Notes: generated by a model from the letters alone, not told the origin. A stretch of 64,000 bases of DNA from an uncultured Acidobacteriota bacterium (GCA_963764715.1 CAVXTP010000022.1:128001-192000); one strand, 5' to 3'; shown: positions 53,356 to 63,363, counted from the stretch's first letter. Numbers and translations: made by a program.

Positions 53356-54632
53356 TGGGCCTCCTTCTTCTCGGGAGCGGGAGCGTTGGGAAGGATCATC
53401 CGGATCCGCTTGACGGCGGTGGGGGTCGCATCCTCGATGACGAAGTCCGCGAACCGCCCCTTCCAACGCTCGCCCTTGCGCGGGATCCGGCCGAATCGCA
53501 GCATCAGGTGGCCGGCGATGGTCTCGGCCTCGTCGCGGGGGAGCGTGATCCCGAACTGCTCCTCGAGGTCGTCCAGCCGCAGGGCGCCCTCGAGCACGTA
53601 GGTGCGGTCGCCCGCCGGCTCGAATCCCGGCTTCTCCTCGTCGTACTCGTCCTGGATCTGTCCGAGGAGCTCCTCGATGGCGTTCTCGATCGTGACGAGG
53701 CCCGCGGTGCCGCCGTGCTCGTCCACGACGATCGCCATGTGGGTGTGGCGCCGGCGCATCTCGCGAAAGAGGTCCTCGGCGCGCTTGAACTCGGGCACGA
53801 GGAAGGGAGGATCGACGTACTTCGAGAGCTCGAAGGATCTCTCCTCGTCGTCGGTCAGGTCGAAGAGGTCCTTGGCGTGGAGGATCCCGATGACGTTGTC
53901 GAGCGTGCCCCGATAGACCGGCAGCCGCGAGAGCTTGTGCTCGCGCAGCAGAATCTTCACGTCGGCGAAGCTGGCGGTCTCGGGCAGGGCGACGATCTTG
54001 GTCCGGGGAACCATGATGTCCCGCACGGTCTTGTCGCCGAACTCGATGACCTTGTGCAGGAGCTGCCGCTCGCCGCGGTGGATGACGCCCTCGTCGGCGC
54101 CGAGGTTGAAGATGCTCTTGAGCTCGTCCTCGGTCAGGCCCGGCCGGTGCTCGGCGACGCCGAAGATCCGGAGCGTCGCGTTGGTCATCCGGACGCAGAT
54201 CTCGGCGATGGGGGAGAGGATCCGCATCATCCACGAGAGCGGCACCGCCACGGCCCGCGAGAACGGCACGGGCGAGGCGGCGGCGACCGCCTTCGGCATC
54301 ATCTCGGCGAAGACGAACAGGGTCAGCGTGGAGAAGACGACCGCGATCAGGATCCCGTACTTCGCGCCGAACCACCGCTCGGCGAGCGTGGTGGCCGAGG
54401 CCGAGGCGGCGCTCAGGAAGAGGTTCTGCGCGATGAGAATGACGGCGAGCAGCCGCGAGGTGTTGGCCCGGAGGCTCCGGATGAGGGCCCCGCGCCGGTC
54501 GCCCCTCTCGCGCATCGCCTGGAGGTCGATCCGCCCGAGCGACACGAGGGCCGTCTCCGAGCCGGCGAAGAACCCCGAGGCCAGCGTGGCCAGGGCGAAG
54601 GCCAGGGCGTAGAGGAGGATCTGCGGATCCAT
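53352..54632 (-). CDS. HlyC/CorC family transporter (DUF21 + CBS + CorC)
   Basis: FFAGSETAL, EMMPK, IMVPR, SRLPVY, VVDEHGG.AGLVT. Confidence 0.92.
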   Translation of the reverse strand: MDPQILLYALAFALATLASGFFAGSETALVSLGRIDLQAMRERGDRRGALIRSLRANTSRLLAVILIAQNLFLSAASASATTLAERWFGAKYGILIAVVFSTLTLFVFAEMMPKAVAAASPVPFSRAVAVPLSWMMRILSPIAEICVRMTNATLRIFGVAEHRPGLTEDELKSIFNLGADEGVIHRGERQLLHKVIEFGDKTVRDIMVPRTKIVALPETASFADVKILLREHKLSRLPVYRGTLDNVIGILHAKDLFDLTDDEERSFELSKYVDPPFLVPEFKRAEDLFREMRRRHTHMAIVVDEHGGTAGLVTIENAIEELLGQIQDEYDEEKPGFEPAGDRTYVLEGALRLDDLEEQFGITLPRDEAETIAGHLMLRFGRIPRKGERWKGRFADFVIEDATPTAVKRIRMILPNAPAPEKKEAH

Positions 54633-54663
54633 GGGTCGGTCCTTTCGAAATCGAGGCGCGATC

Positions 54664-55695
54664 TTACAGGGGAAGGCGCCCCAGCCGGTCGAGGGCCCAC
54701 CGCGCGGCGTCCGCCAGGCCGGCCTCCGCGACGCCGGCCGCGCCGCCGAGGGCCGCACGGGCCTGCCGGTCGCCGCACGCGCCCGCCGAGGCCGCGGCGT
54801 TTCGCTGGAGGCCGCGCCGCGCGGGCCGGGTCACGGCCGTCCGGGCGAAGCTCCGCTCCCAGGCGCCCCGGCCCATCGCGAGAATCTCGGCGCGTGTCGG
54901 AGGCGGCGGCGACGCCGGGGCGGCGAGCTCGAGCGGCGCGTTCCAGGGACAGACCTCCTGGCAGACGTCGCAGCCGAAGACGTGCTCGCCGAGCGCGGCC
55001 TTCCAGCCGTCCGGGATCGGTCCGCGGTGCTCGATCGTCCAGTACGCGAGGCAGCGCCCGGCGTCGAGAATTCCCGCCTCGACGAACGCCCCGGTCGGGC
55101 ACGCCTCGAGGCACAGGGTGCAGGCGCCGCAGCGCTCGGCGGCGGGCGCGTCCGGCGGCAGGTCGAGGTCGGTCAGGATCTCGGCGAGCAGGAGGTACGA
55201 GCCGTGGGCCTCGTCCATGAGGCAGCCGTTCTTGCCGATCCAGCCCAGTCCCGCCGCCGCGGCGAAGGACCGCTCGGCGAGCGGAGTCGAGTCGACGCAG
55301 ACGCGGGACGCCCAGCCGCCGCCGAGGCGCCCGCGGGTGCCTTCGACGACGGCGAGGGCGCGGGAGCGGAGCGACGCGTGGTAGTCGGCCCCGCGCGCGT
55401 AGCGGGCGAACCTCGACCCGTCGGACGCCACCCAGGGGGCGGCGGAGTGGGGCGCCGCGAGGCAGACGACGGACCGCGCGCCCGGAAGGAGCTCCCGGGG
55501 CGAGGCGCGGATCCTCCGGGTCTCCTCGAGGTAGGCCATCCCCGCGTGGCGGCCCGAGTCGATCCAGGCCTCGAAGCGTTCGCGGCCCGGCGGTTCTCCG
55601 GCCGCCGCGATTCCGACCTTCGCGAAGCCCGCCGCGATCGCCTCCTCGCGCAGAACGCGCGCGGCGAGCAGCCGGTCCGGAGGGGAAGAGGCCAC
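54664..55695 (-). CDS. queG: tRNA epoxyqueuosine reductase
   Basis: RYARG.DYH, AGLGWIGKN, CGACTLCLEACPTGA, GCDVCQEVCPWN; start codon uncertain. Confidence 0.92.
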   Translation of the reverse strand: MASSPPDRLLAARVLREEAIAAGFAKVGIAAAGEPPGRERFEAWIDSGRHAGMAYLEETRRIRASPRELLPGARSVVCLAAPHSAAPWVASDGSRFARYARGADYHASLRSRALAVVEGTRGRLGGGWASRVCVDSTPLAERSFAAAAGLGWIGKNGCLMDEAHGSYLLLAEILTDLDLPPDAPAAERCGACTLCLEACPTGAFVEAGILDAGRCLAYWTIEHRGPIPDGWKAALGEHVFGCDVCQEVCPWNAPLELAAPASPPPPTRAEILAMGRGAWERSFARTAVTRPARRGLQRNAAASAGACGDRQARAALGGAAGVAEAGLADAARWALDRLGRLPL

Positions 55696-55723
55696 CGCGT
55701 CGATGCTAGCATCCGACCGCACG

Positions 55724-56818
55724 ATGCCTCCCGACCGGTTCGCCACGAGGGTCTTCGGTCTCGCGGTCCTCGCGCTTCTCGCGTACGCGCTCGTCCTGAT
55801 CTTCCGGCCTTTCTACGGGCCGATCGTCTGGGCGCTGCTGATCGCGTTCCTCCTCTTCCCGGTCGTGCGGCGCGTCCGGAAGGCGGTCGGGGACCGGCAC
55901 GGCCTGGCCGCGATCCTGATGACGCTGGGGGTCATCCTGGGCATCGTCCTTCCGGCCGTGGTCGTGGCGGCCGCCTTCGGTGGGCAGGCCGTCGAGCTCG
56001 GGCAGCGGCTGTCGGCGCTCGCGCAGGAGTACAGGATCCACGGCGCGGAGGACCTGACACAGATCCCGGTTTTCGGGGAGGCCGTGAAGTGGGTGGACGA
56101 CCGCATTCCGGCGTCGGCCGCCGAGATCCAGGAATGGCTGATCCGGACGCTCCAGTCGGTCCTCCACTTTCTGCTCTCGCACAGCGGAGATTTCGTCGTC
56201 GGGGCGTTCGGCGTTTTCGGCAGCCTGTCGCTGATGCTCTTCGTCCTGTTCTTCTTCCTCCGCGACGGCGACGCCATGGCCGCCCGGGCGATCCGGCTCG
56301 TTCCCATGGACCCGAAGAAAAAGGCGCGGCTCGCCGCACACCTCGGCGACGTCACGCACGCGGTCGTGTTCGGCACCCTCGTCACCGCCATCGTGCAGGG
56401 GGTTCTCATCGGGATCGCCTTCTGGATCACGGGCCTCTCCTCGCCCGTCGTTTTCGGCGGGCTCGGCTTCATCGCCTCGTTCGTTCCCTTCCTCGGCACG
56501 GCGCTCGTGGTCGGACCGGCCTGCCTCTACCTCCTGGCCAAGGGGGTCGTCTGGAAGACGGTCTTCATGCTCGTGTGGGGGGTCGTGGTGGCCGGCAGCG
56601 CCGACAATTTCCTCCGCCCGGCCCTCGTGTCGGGCCGGGCCGAGATCGGGACCCTGACCGCGTTCTTCGGCGTGATCGGCGGGATCGCGGCCTTCGGAAT
56701 GGTCGGCCTCTTCCTCGGGCCCGTGTTCCTCGCCCTGGTCCTCGCGCTGATCGAGTTCGTCGAGGAGGACCGGGCCCTGGAGGCGGCCGTCCCGCCCGCG
56801 CCGCCGCCGAAGGCCTGA
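55724..56818 (+). CDS. AI-2E family transporter
   Basis: Multi-TM; FFFLRDG, DNFLRP, GVIGG..FG.VGLFLGP. Confidence 0.9.
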   Translation: MPPDRFATRVFGLAVLALLAYALVLIFRPFYGPIVWALLIAFLLFPVVRRVRKAVGDRHGLAAILMTLGVILGIVLPAVVVAAAFGGQAVELGQRLSALAQEYRIHGAEDLTQIPVFGEAVKWVDDRIPASAAEIQEWLIRTLQSVLHFLLSHSGDFVVGAFGVFGSLSLMLFVLFFFLRDGDAMAARAIRLVPMDPKKKARLAAHLGDVTHAVVFGTLVTAIVQGVLIGIAFWITGLSSPVVFGGLGFIASFVPFLGTALVVGPACLYLLAKGVVWKTVFMLVWGVVVAGSADNFLRPALVSGRAEIGTLTAFFGVIGGIAAFGMVGLFLGPVFLALVLALIEFVEEDRALEAAVPPAPPPKA

Positions 56819-56833
56819 GGCCCGGGCGAGGCC

Positions 56834-57910
56834 CTACTTCCGGACCCAGTCGGCGACGAAGATGTTGGTCTCGTGCGGCTTCGTCCCGTTGCGGTTGGAG
56901 GCGAACACGAGCCGCTTTCCGTCGCGCGTGAGCATCGGGAAGCCGTCGAAGTCGGCGCTGTGGGTGACCTGCGTGAGGTTCGTGCCGTCCTCGCGGATCA
57001 GGTAGAGCTCGAACTCCCGGCCCTTCGGGTCGCCCAGGTTGGACGAGAAGATGATCTCGCGGCCTCCGGGCAGGAAGAAGGGCGCGAAGTTCGCCGCGCC
57101 GTTGGACGTGACGGCGTGGTCGTTGGAGCCGTCGGCGTTCATCACGCGGATCTCGAGACCGTGCGGCGCGTACAGGTGGCGCGCGAGGTTTTCCCGGAAG
57201 AGCGCGAGGCCCTCCGGGGTCGCCGGGTGGTCCGCCCGGTAGACGATCTTCTTTCCGTCGTCCGAGAAGAACGGGCCCCCGTCGTAGCCGGGGGTGTTCG
57301 TCAGCCGGCGGACGTCCGTCCCGTCGGCCTTCATGGTGTAGATCTCGAGGTCGCCGTCGCGCGCCGAGGTGAACACGATCGTCGAGCCGTCCGGCGAGAT
57401 CGTGGCCTCGGCGTCGTAGGCGGGCGAGGCGAAAAGGGGCCGGAGGTCGCTGTCGTCGCTCTTCGCGGCGTAGATGTCGTAGTCGTCGAGCGCCCAGACG
57501 TAGCCGTGGGAGCGGTCCGGCCGCGGCGGGCATGCGGCGCCGGCGCGGAACGTCGAGGCGTAGACGATCCGCTCGCCGTCCGGGAAGAAGTACGCGCAGG
57601 TCGTCTTGCCCTGCCCGTTGGAGACCCGCCGGCGGCCCGAGCCGTCCGCCTGCATCGTGAAGATCTGGTCGCAGGGCAGCGTGCCCTCGTCGGACTGGAA
57701 GATCAGGCGCGCGCCGTCCGCCGACCAGTAGGCCTCGGCGTTCTGGCCGCCGAAGGTCAGCTGGCGCAGGTTCGCGATGAACGCCTCCTCGCCCGGCCGG
57801 ACGAGCGACGAGGGCGCGGCGGGCGTCGGCCGGGGCGGCGCCTCCTGCCCGACGGCGGAAAACGCGGCGACGGCGACGAAGAGAGCGGGGGCGACGTATC
57901 GGTAGAGCAT
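56834..57910 (-). CDS. Secreted TolB-like / PD40 beta-propeller protein
   Basis: Signal peptide; QLTFGGQNAEAY, SPDG..IVFTS.RDGD.EIY, RLT..PGYDGGP.FS.DG. Confidence 0.85.
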   Translation of the reverse strand: MLYRYVAPALFVAVAAFSAVGQEAPPRPTPAAPSSLVRPGEEAFIANLRQLTFGGQNAEAYWSADGARLIFQSDEGTLPCDQIFTMQADGSGRRRVSNGQGKTTCAYFFPDGERIVYASTFRAGAACPPRPDRSHGYVWALDDYDIYAAKSDDSDLRPLFASPAYDAEATISPDGSTIVFTSARDGDLEIYTMKADGTDVRRLTNTPGYDGGPFFSDDGKKIVYRADHPATPEGLALFRENLARHLYAPHGLEIRVMNADGSNDHAVTSNGAANFAPFFLPGGREIIFSSNLGDPKGREFELYLIREDGTNLTQVTHSADFDGFPMLTRDGKRLVFASNRNGTKPHETNIFVADWVRK

Positions 57911-57961
57911 GCGGGCCGGCATTCTAGCCGCGAATTGCCTTATCCTCGAACCGGATTCCCG

Positions 57962-59056
57962 ATGGATTCGCCCAAAGACCTGAAACGAGTGCTCGCGGAC
58001 GAGGTCCGCGCGGCGATCGCCGAAACCGCGCCTCCGGCCGCGTCGGCCGCGGGCCGCGGCGATGCGGCGAGCGAGGGCGTCCGCGCCGCGCTCTCGCGCG
58101 CCGAAGACGTCCTGACGCCGGCCGTGCCCGGGGGCGCGCCGTTGTCCGGGCTCAAGGGCCTCGCGATCCGCGCGCTCCGGTTTCTCTGGAGGAACCAGTC
58201 CTCCTTCAACGCGCTCTCGCTCTCCGCCTCGTCCGGCCTGGCCGACGGGATCGACCGGCTGCGCGCCGAGGTCGGCCGCGGGCTCGAGGAGCTGTCGCGG
58301 CGCGCCGGCATCCAGGAGGCCCGGCTGACGCTCGTCGAATCGGGAGCCGGGGCTCGCCCCGGAGCGTCGGCCGGCCCGTCGGTCGCGTTGCCCGCTCCGG
58401 GGATCCCTCCGGGCGTCTACGCGCTCTTCGAGGAGCGCTTCCGGGGCCGCCCGGAGGACATCGCCAGGGGCCAGCGCGCCTACCTGGAAGAGCTCCGGGA
58501 CCTGCCGGGGCCCGTTCTCGACGTCGGCTGCGGGCGCGGCGAGTTCCTGGGCCTCCTCAAGGCCGCGGGCATCCCGGCCGCCGGCCTCGAGTCGAACCCC
58601 GTCTCGGTCGAGTCCTGCCGGCGCGCGGGGCTGGAGGTCGAGTCGGGGGACGCGCTCGAGCTCCTCGGGCGGCGCCCGGCCGGCAAGCTCGGCGCGGTGG
58701 TGGCGTTCCAGGTCGTCGAGCACTGGCCGCCCGAAGCGATCTTCCGCTTCCTCCAGCACGCCCGCCGCGCGCTCGCCCCCGGGGGCGTCGTGATCGCCGA
58801 GACGATCAACGCCGATTCGCTGTCGGCTCTGCGGGCGTTCTACCTCGACCCGACCCACGTGCGTCCCGTGCCTCCGGAGGCGTTGCGGTTTCTGGCCGAG
58901 GCGGCCGGGTTCACCGACGCGCGGATCGAGTACCGCTCGCCCCTTCCGGCCGGGGAACGCCTGGAGGAGACGTCGGAGAACGCGAAGCGGCTCAACGCGC
59001 TCCTGTACGCCCCCCAGGATTACGCGCTCATCGGCCGCGTGCCGGTTCCGGAGTGA
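57962..59056 (+). CDS. Class I SAM methyltransferase with coiled-coil N-terminus (surface polysaccharide associated)
   Basis: FEERFRG, LDVGCGRGEF, QVVEH, ETIN, FYLDPTH, QDYA. Confidence 0.85.
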   Translation: MDSPKDLKRVLADEVRAAIAETAPPAASAAGRGDAASEGVRAALSRAEDVLTPAVPGGAPLSGLKGLAIRALRFLWRNQSSFNALSLSASSGLADGIDRLRAEVGRGLEELSRRAGIQEARLTLVESGAGARPGASAGPSVALPAPGIPPGVYALFEERFRGRPEDIARGQRAYLEELRDLPGPVLDVGCGRGEFLGLLKAAGIPAAGLESNPVSVESCRRAGLEVESGDALELLGRRPAGKLGAVVAFQVVEHWPPEAIFRFLQHARRALAPGGVVIAETINADSLSALRAFYLDPTHVRPVPPEALRFLAEAAGFTDARIEYRSPLPAGERLEETSENAKRLNALLYAPQDYALIGRVPVPE

Positions 59057-60105
59057 GCTCGCGCCGCGTCCTGGTCCTCGCGGTGCAGACGCCCTTCGCG
59101 CGGGGAGGCGCGGAGCGTCACGTGCAGCGCCTGACGGAGGAGCTTCTCCGGCGGGGAGTCGAGGCCGACCTCGTGACGCTGCCGCTGATCGAGCGCGAGC
59201 GCTTCGACCTCGTGCGGAGCGCCGCCGCCTGGCGCAGCCTCGACCTGACGGAGGCCGGCGGGCGGCCGGTCGACGCGGTGATCGCGACGCGCTTTCCGAG
59301 CTACGCGGTGCGGCATCCCAACAAGCTCGTCTGGCTCATCCACCAGTACCGGCAGGCGTACGACCAGTTCGGGACGCCGTTCTCCGACCTGACCGCGTCC
59401 CCCGAGGACCGCCGCACGCGCGAGGTGATCGCCGAGATCGACCGGGTCGGCCTCACGGAGGCCCGCAAGGTCTTCGCCAACTCGCAGACGGTGGCCGCGC
59501 GGCTCCTGCGCTTCAACGGCATCCGCTCCGAGCCGCTCTACCATCCGCCGCCGCTCGCGGGACGGCACCGCAGCGGCGCCTTCGGCGACGCGGTGCTGTG
59601 GGTCGGAAGGCTCGACGCCTGGAAGCGCCCGGGCCTCCTGCTCGAGGCGCTGCCCCACGCGCCCGAGGCCCGCGCCGTCTTCGTCGGAAGCGGCCCCGAG
59701 GAGGACCGCCTCCGGCGCCGCGCCGCCGAGCTCGGCGTCGAGTCGCGGGTGCGCTTCCTCGCGTCGGTCGAGGACGAGGAGCTGCTGGATCTCTACGCGA
59801 ACGCGCGGATCGTGGCGGTGACGGCCTCGGGCGAGGACCTGGGCTACGTGCCGATCGAGGCGCACCTCTCGGGCAAGCCGGTCCTGACGACCGAGGACGC
59901 GGGCGGGCCGCTCGAGTTCGTCCGCGACGGAGAGACCGGCCTCGTCGTGGCGCCGCGGCCCGAGGCCCTCGGCGTGGCGCTCCGGCTGGCCTGGACGAGG
60001 CTCGACGCCCTGAAGGCGATGGGGGAGGCGGGCCGGCGCCGCGCCGCGCGCCTGACCTGGGACGAGCCGGTCGACCGGCTGCTCGGCGCCGCGGGGCTCG
60101 CGTGA
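59053..60105 (+). CDS. Glycosyltransferase family 4
   Basis: PFARGGAE, GRL..WKR, ED.GYVPIEA..SGKPV. Confidence 0.9.
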   Translation: MSSRRVLVLAVQTPFARGGAERHVQRLTEELLRRGVEADLVTLPLIERERFDLVRSAAAWRSLDLTEAGGRPVDAVIATRFPSYAVRHPNKLVWLIHQYRQAYDQFGTPFSDLTASPEDRRTREVIAEIDRVGLTEARKVFANSQTVAARLLRFNGIRSEPLYHPPPLAGRHRSGAFGDAVLWVGRLDAWKRPGLLLEALPHAPEARAVFVGSGPEEDRLRRRAAELGVESRVRFLASVEDEELLDLYANARIVAVTASGEDLGYVPIEAHLSGKPVLTTEDAGGPLEFVRDGETGLVVAPRPEALGVALRLAWTRLDALKAMGEAGRRRAARLTWDEPVDRLLGAAGLA

Positions 60106-60305
60106 ACGGCACGGCCGATCCTCTCCGGCGTCTCGCGCAGGAGCGGGGCCGGATCCTCGGCGAGCTCGGGGTGCGGCCCGACGACGCCCGCTGGGCGCGG
60201 CGGGAGGCCGAGATGCTCGCGAGCCTCCTGACGCCGTCGCGCCGTCTCCGCCTGCCGGGACCTCTCGGCCGGATCCTGCGTCGGATCGCCCGCCGGATCC
60301 GCTAG
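60102..60305 (+). CDS. Small hypothetical protein
   Basis: GTG start overlaps the GT4 stop (GTGA); fills the gap up to the convergent gene. Confidence 0.5.
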   Translation: MNGTADPLRRLAQERGRILGELGVRPDDARWARREAEMLASLLTPSRRLRLPGPLGRILRRIARRIR

Positions 60306-61405
60306 GTCCGCGAGGCGACGGCGCGCTGGCGCGCGGAGTAGAGCCGCGCGCGATTGCGGCCCGTGTCCTTGGCGAAGTAGAGCGCCTTGTCCGCGCGGAC
60401 GAGGAGCTCGTGGCGGTCCTCGCCCGAGAGATCCTGCGTGTCGGCGACGCCGACCGAAACCGTCACGCGGAAGGGCCGGCCGGCCGCGAACGGCTCGCGC
60501 TCGACCGCGCGCCGGATCCGGTCCGCGACGGCGAGCGCCGAGCGCGCCGCGGTTTCGGGGAACAGGACGGCGAACTCCTCGCCCCCGTAGCGGCACGGGA
60601 GGTCCGTCGAGCGCACCGCCGCGCGGAGGATCTCGCCGAAGCGCCGGATCGCCATGTCGCCGGCGCCGTGCCCGAGCGTGTCGTTGAGCTTCTTGAAGTG
60701 GTCGAGATCGAAGAGCGCGACGGCGAGGGGCGCCCCGTAACGGCGATGCCGCGCCCACTCCTCGGACAGCCGCGTTTCGAAGTAGCGGCGGGAGGAGAGC
60801 CCCGAGAGCTCGTCGGTGACCGCGATCTCCCAGTTGCGGCTGGCGTGCAGCGACGCGGTCAGCGGGGCGAGGAGCGCGCGGATCTCGGCCTTGCGGCCCT
60901 CGTCGACCGGCCGCGGGGAGACGAGGATGAGATAGGCCACGAGCGCGTCGCCCGAGTAGAGGGGAAGGTGCAGGACCTGCGTCGGCTCGGAGCCGGGCAG
61001 GAGGTCGATCGGAGCGAAGGAGCGCTCGGTCTCGGTGGCGGCGAACTGGAGCTCGACGGCCCGGGAGTCGACCCGCTCGCCGAGCTGCACGTGGCGGGGA
61101 TCCCTCTCGGGCCGGCGCTCGACGCCGTGCCGCTCCGGCGGAAGGGTCCACACTTCCGTGATGCGCTGGGCGGCATCCACGCGGTAGAGGTCGAAGCGCG
61201 AGAGCGGCAGGATCTCGGAGGCGGCGCGGAAGGCATGCTGGAGAATCTGCCGGGGGTCCGGAGACTCGCCGAGGAAGTGCGATTCGCGCTCGCGGGCCTG
61301 GAGGCGCGCCTCGAGCTGCGCGACCCGCTGCCGCAGCCTCCAGGCGCGCACCGCGGCCCAGCTCGCGGCGGCGACGAGCAGGAGCTCCGCCCAGACGGGA
61401 AACAC
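60302..61405 (-). CDS. Membrane-anchored diguanylate cyclase (GAF-like + GGDEF)
   Basis: TDELSGL, DLDHFK.LND.LGH..GD, RSTD I-site, RYGGEEF, AD.ALY.AK..GRN. Confidence 0.92.
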   Translation of the reverse strand: MFPVWAELLLVAAASWAAVRAWRLRQRVAQLEARLQARERESHFLGESPDPRQILQHAFRAASEILPLSRFDLYRVDAAQRITEVWTLPPERHGVERRPERDPRHVQLGERVDSRAVELQFAATETERSFAPIDLLPGSEPTQVLHLPLYSGDALVAYLILVSPRPVDEGRKAEIRALLAPLTASLHASRNWEIAVTDELSGLSSRRYFETRLSEEWARHRRYGAPLAVALFDLDHFKKLNDTLGHGAGDMAIRRFGEILRAAVRSTDLPCRYGGEEFAVLFPETAARSALAVADRIRRAVEREPFAAGRPFRVTVSVGVADTQDLSGEDRHELLVRADKALYFAKDTGRNRARLYSARQRAVASRT

Positions 61406-61440
61406 CGCGCCGAGTTTAGCCTGCGGCGAAACGCGGCCGA

Positions 61441-61466
61441 AAAGGAAAGGCCCCCTTGCGGGGGCC
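61441..61466 (-). terminator. Intrinsic terminator of the small lipoprotein gene
   Basis: Minus strand GGCCCCC-GCAA-GGGGGCC followed by TTTCCTTT. Confidence 0.75.
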
Positions 61467-61489
61467 GATAAGGACCGCCTGCCCGAAGC

Positions 61490-61708
61490 TCAGTGAGCGG
61501 CGGGCGTGGTCGCCGGGGCGGTCTCGGTCGACGTCGTCGTCGTCGTGGTCTCGGTCGAGGTCGTGGCCGCGGTTCCGGTCTCCTCGACGACCGCCGGGGC
61601 TTCCGCTGCCGGCGCGGCCTCGGGGGCCGCCGCTTCCTTCTTCTGGCAGCCGGTAGTGAGCGCCATCGCCGCCACGGCCGCAAAACCCAGGGTCAGAACC
61701 TTCTTCAT
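61490..61708 (-). CDS. Small Ala/Thr-rich lipoprotein
   Basis: MKKVLTLGFAAVAAMALTTGC lipobox; low-complexity mature part; own promoter and terminator. Confidence 0.8.
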   Translation of the reverse strand: MKKVLTLGFAAVAAMALTTGCQKKEAAAPEAAPAAEAPAVVEETGTAATTSTETTTTTTSTETAPATTPAAH

Positions 61709-61785
61709 ATCCCTCATCTCCTTCTTCTGTTAACGCAGACGCTCCCTCGGAGCGCAAAAAAATCCCCACGGAAAATCGACGCGGA

Positions 61786-61813
61786 ATCATAACCGAACCG
61801 CGGCCCCTGTCAA
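61786..61813 (-). promoter_or_regulatory. Sigma70-type promoter of the small lipoprotein gene
   Basis: Minus strand TTGACA-16 bp-TATGAT. Confidence 0.6.
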
Positions 61814-61910
61814 CCCGAGGTCGCCGGTTCGCCTCGGGGGCGCCGGTCGGCTATTCTCGGCCCCGGGGGCGTTTCGCCCTCCCGCGACCAGCCGAAACGG
61901 AGGTTACACG

Positions 61911-63251
61911 GTGTTCGAAGGCCTGTCCGAGCGGATGCAGGGCGTCTTCAAGGAGCTCCGGGGCGAAGGCCACCTGACCGACTACCACCTCGAGCAGGCC
62001 CTCCGGCAGATACGGCTGTCCCTGCTCGAGGCGGACGTGGCCCTGCCGGTCGTCAAGAAGTTCACCGAGAAGGTCAAGGAGCGGGCGGTCGGGGCGAAGG
62101 TCACCCAGCTGCTCTCGCCGGCCCAGGAGGTCACCCGGATCGTGCGGGACGAGCTCATCGCGCTGCTCGGGGGCGCGGCGGCCGACGTCGCGCTGACGGG
62201 CAAACCCGCGGTCATCGCGCTGGTGGGTCTCCAGGGATCCGGCAAGACGACCTCGGCGGCGAAGCTCGCGCTTCACCTCAAGACGCGGGGCCGGTACCCC
62301 CTGATCGTCGCCGCGGACCTCGCCCGTCCCGCGGCGGTCGCGCAGCTCGTGACGCTCGGCCGACAGATCGGCGTCCCGGTGTTCGAGCCCGGCGTCGAGA
62401 CCGACCCCGTCGAGGTCGCGCGCCGGGGGCTCCGCGAGGCGCGGCAGACGGGGAGGGACACGGTCATCGTCGACACGGCGGGCCGCCTGCACGTGGACGA
62501 GGAGCTGATGCGCCAGGTCCAGGCGGTGGCGGCGGCCGTCGAGCCGCAGGAGATCCTCTTCGTCGCCGACGCGATGACGGGGCAGGACGCGGTGCGGTCG
62601 GCCGCGGGGTTCGCCGAGGCCCTCGACCTGACGGGAATCATCCTGACCAAGACCGACGGCGATGCGCGCGGCGGCGCGGCCCTGACGGTCGTGACGACGA
62701 CCGGAAAGCCCATCAAGTTCGTCGGCGTCGGCGAGAAGCCCGAGGACTTCGAGCCCTTCCACCCCGACCGGATGGCCTCGCGCATCCTCGGGCTCGGCGA
62801 CGTCCTCACCCTCATCGAGAAGGTCGAGGCCTCCGTCGACGCGGACGCGGCCAGGAAGATGGCGGCGAAGACCGCGGCGGGCGAGTTCACGCTCGAGGAC
62901 CTCCGCGACCAGCTCGCGTCGATGAAGAAGATGGGCCCGCTCGAGGGCCTCCTCGACCTTCTGCCCAAGGGGGGAGCCTTCAAGGCGCTCAAGCAGCCCG
63001 AAAGCGTCGACGAGAAGGCCCTCGTCCGGGTCACCGCGATGATCGACTCGATGACCGTCGAGGAGCGCCGGTACCCGCAGGTCCTGAACGGGAGCCGCAA
63101 GAAGCGCATCGCCGGCGGTTCGGGCACCTCGGTCGCCGAGATCAACCGCCTGCTCAAGCAGTACCAGCAGATGCGCCGCATGATGCGGACGGCCCGCAAG
63201 GGGATGCGGGGGCTGGATATGTCGAAACTGGCCCTGCCCAGGGGTCAGTAA
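61911..63251 (+). CDS. ffh: Signal recognition particle protein
   Basis: LLEADV, GLQGSGKTT, DTAGR, TKTDGDARGGAAL, SRKKRIA.GSG. Confidence 0.97.
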   Translation: MFEGLSERMQGVFKELRGEGHLTDYHLEQALRQIRLSLLEADVALPVVKKFTEKVKERAVGAKVTQLLSPAQEVTRIVRDELIALLGGAAADVALTGKPAVIALVGLQGSGKTTSAAKLALHLKTRGRYPLIVAADLARPAAVAQLVTLGRQIGVPVFEPGVETDPVEVARRGLREARQTGRDTVIVDTAGRLHVDEELMRQVQAVAAAVEPQEILFVADAMTGQDAVRSAAGFAEALDLTGIILTKTDGDARGGAALTVVTTTGKPIKFVGVGEKPEDFEPFHPDRMASRILGLGDVLTLIEKVEASVDADAARKMAAKTAAGEFTLEDLRDQLASMKKMGPLEGLLDLLPKGGAFKALKQPESVDEKALVRVTAMIDSMTVEERRYPQVLNGSRKKRIAGGSGTSVAEINRLLKQYQQMRRMMRTARKGMRGLDMSKLALPRGQ

Positions 63252-63321
63252 GCAGGAAGCAGGAGGCAGGAGGCAGGAAAACGCCCCGGCCTGCCGCCTG
63301 CAACCTGCCGCCTGCCTCCTG
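63249..63321. repeat. Heptamer tandem/inverted repeat tract beginning at the ffh stop codon
   Basis: TAAGCAG GAAGCAG GAGGCAG GAGGCAG ... CCTGCCG CCTGCAA CCTGCCG CCTGCCT CCTG. Confidence 0.8.
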
Positions 63322-63363
63322 GTGTAGAATGCCCCGCTTTTGAATAGGCCAAGAGGGAACTAA

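Noticed and set aside
47942-58858. Long N-terminal extensions on PGM (929 aa), IDH (675 aa), TolB-like (674 aa) and methyltransferase (727 aa) ORFs
   Set aside because: Arg/Pro-rich readings overlapping genuine neighbouring genes; real starts lie at stop/start overlaps or internal ATGs.
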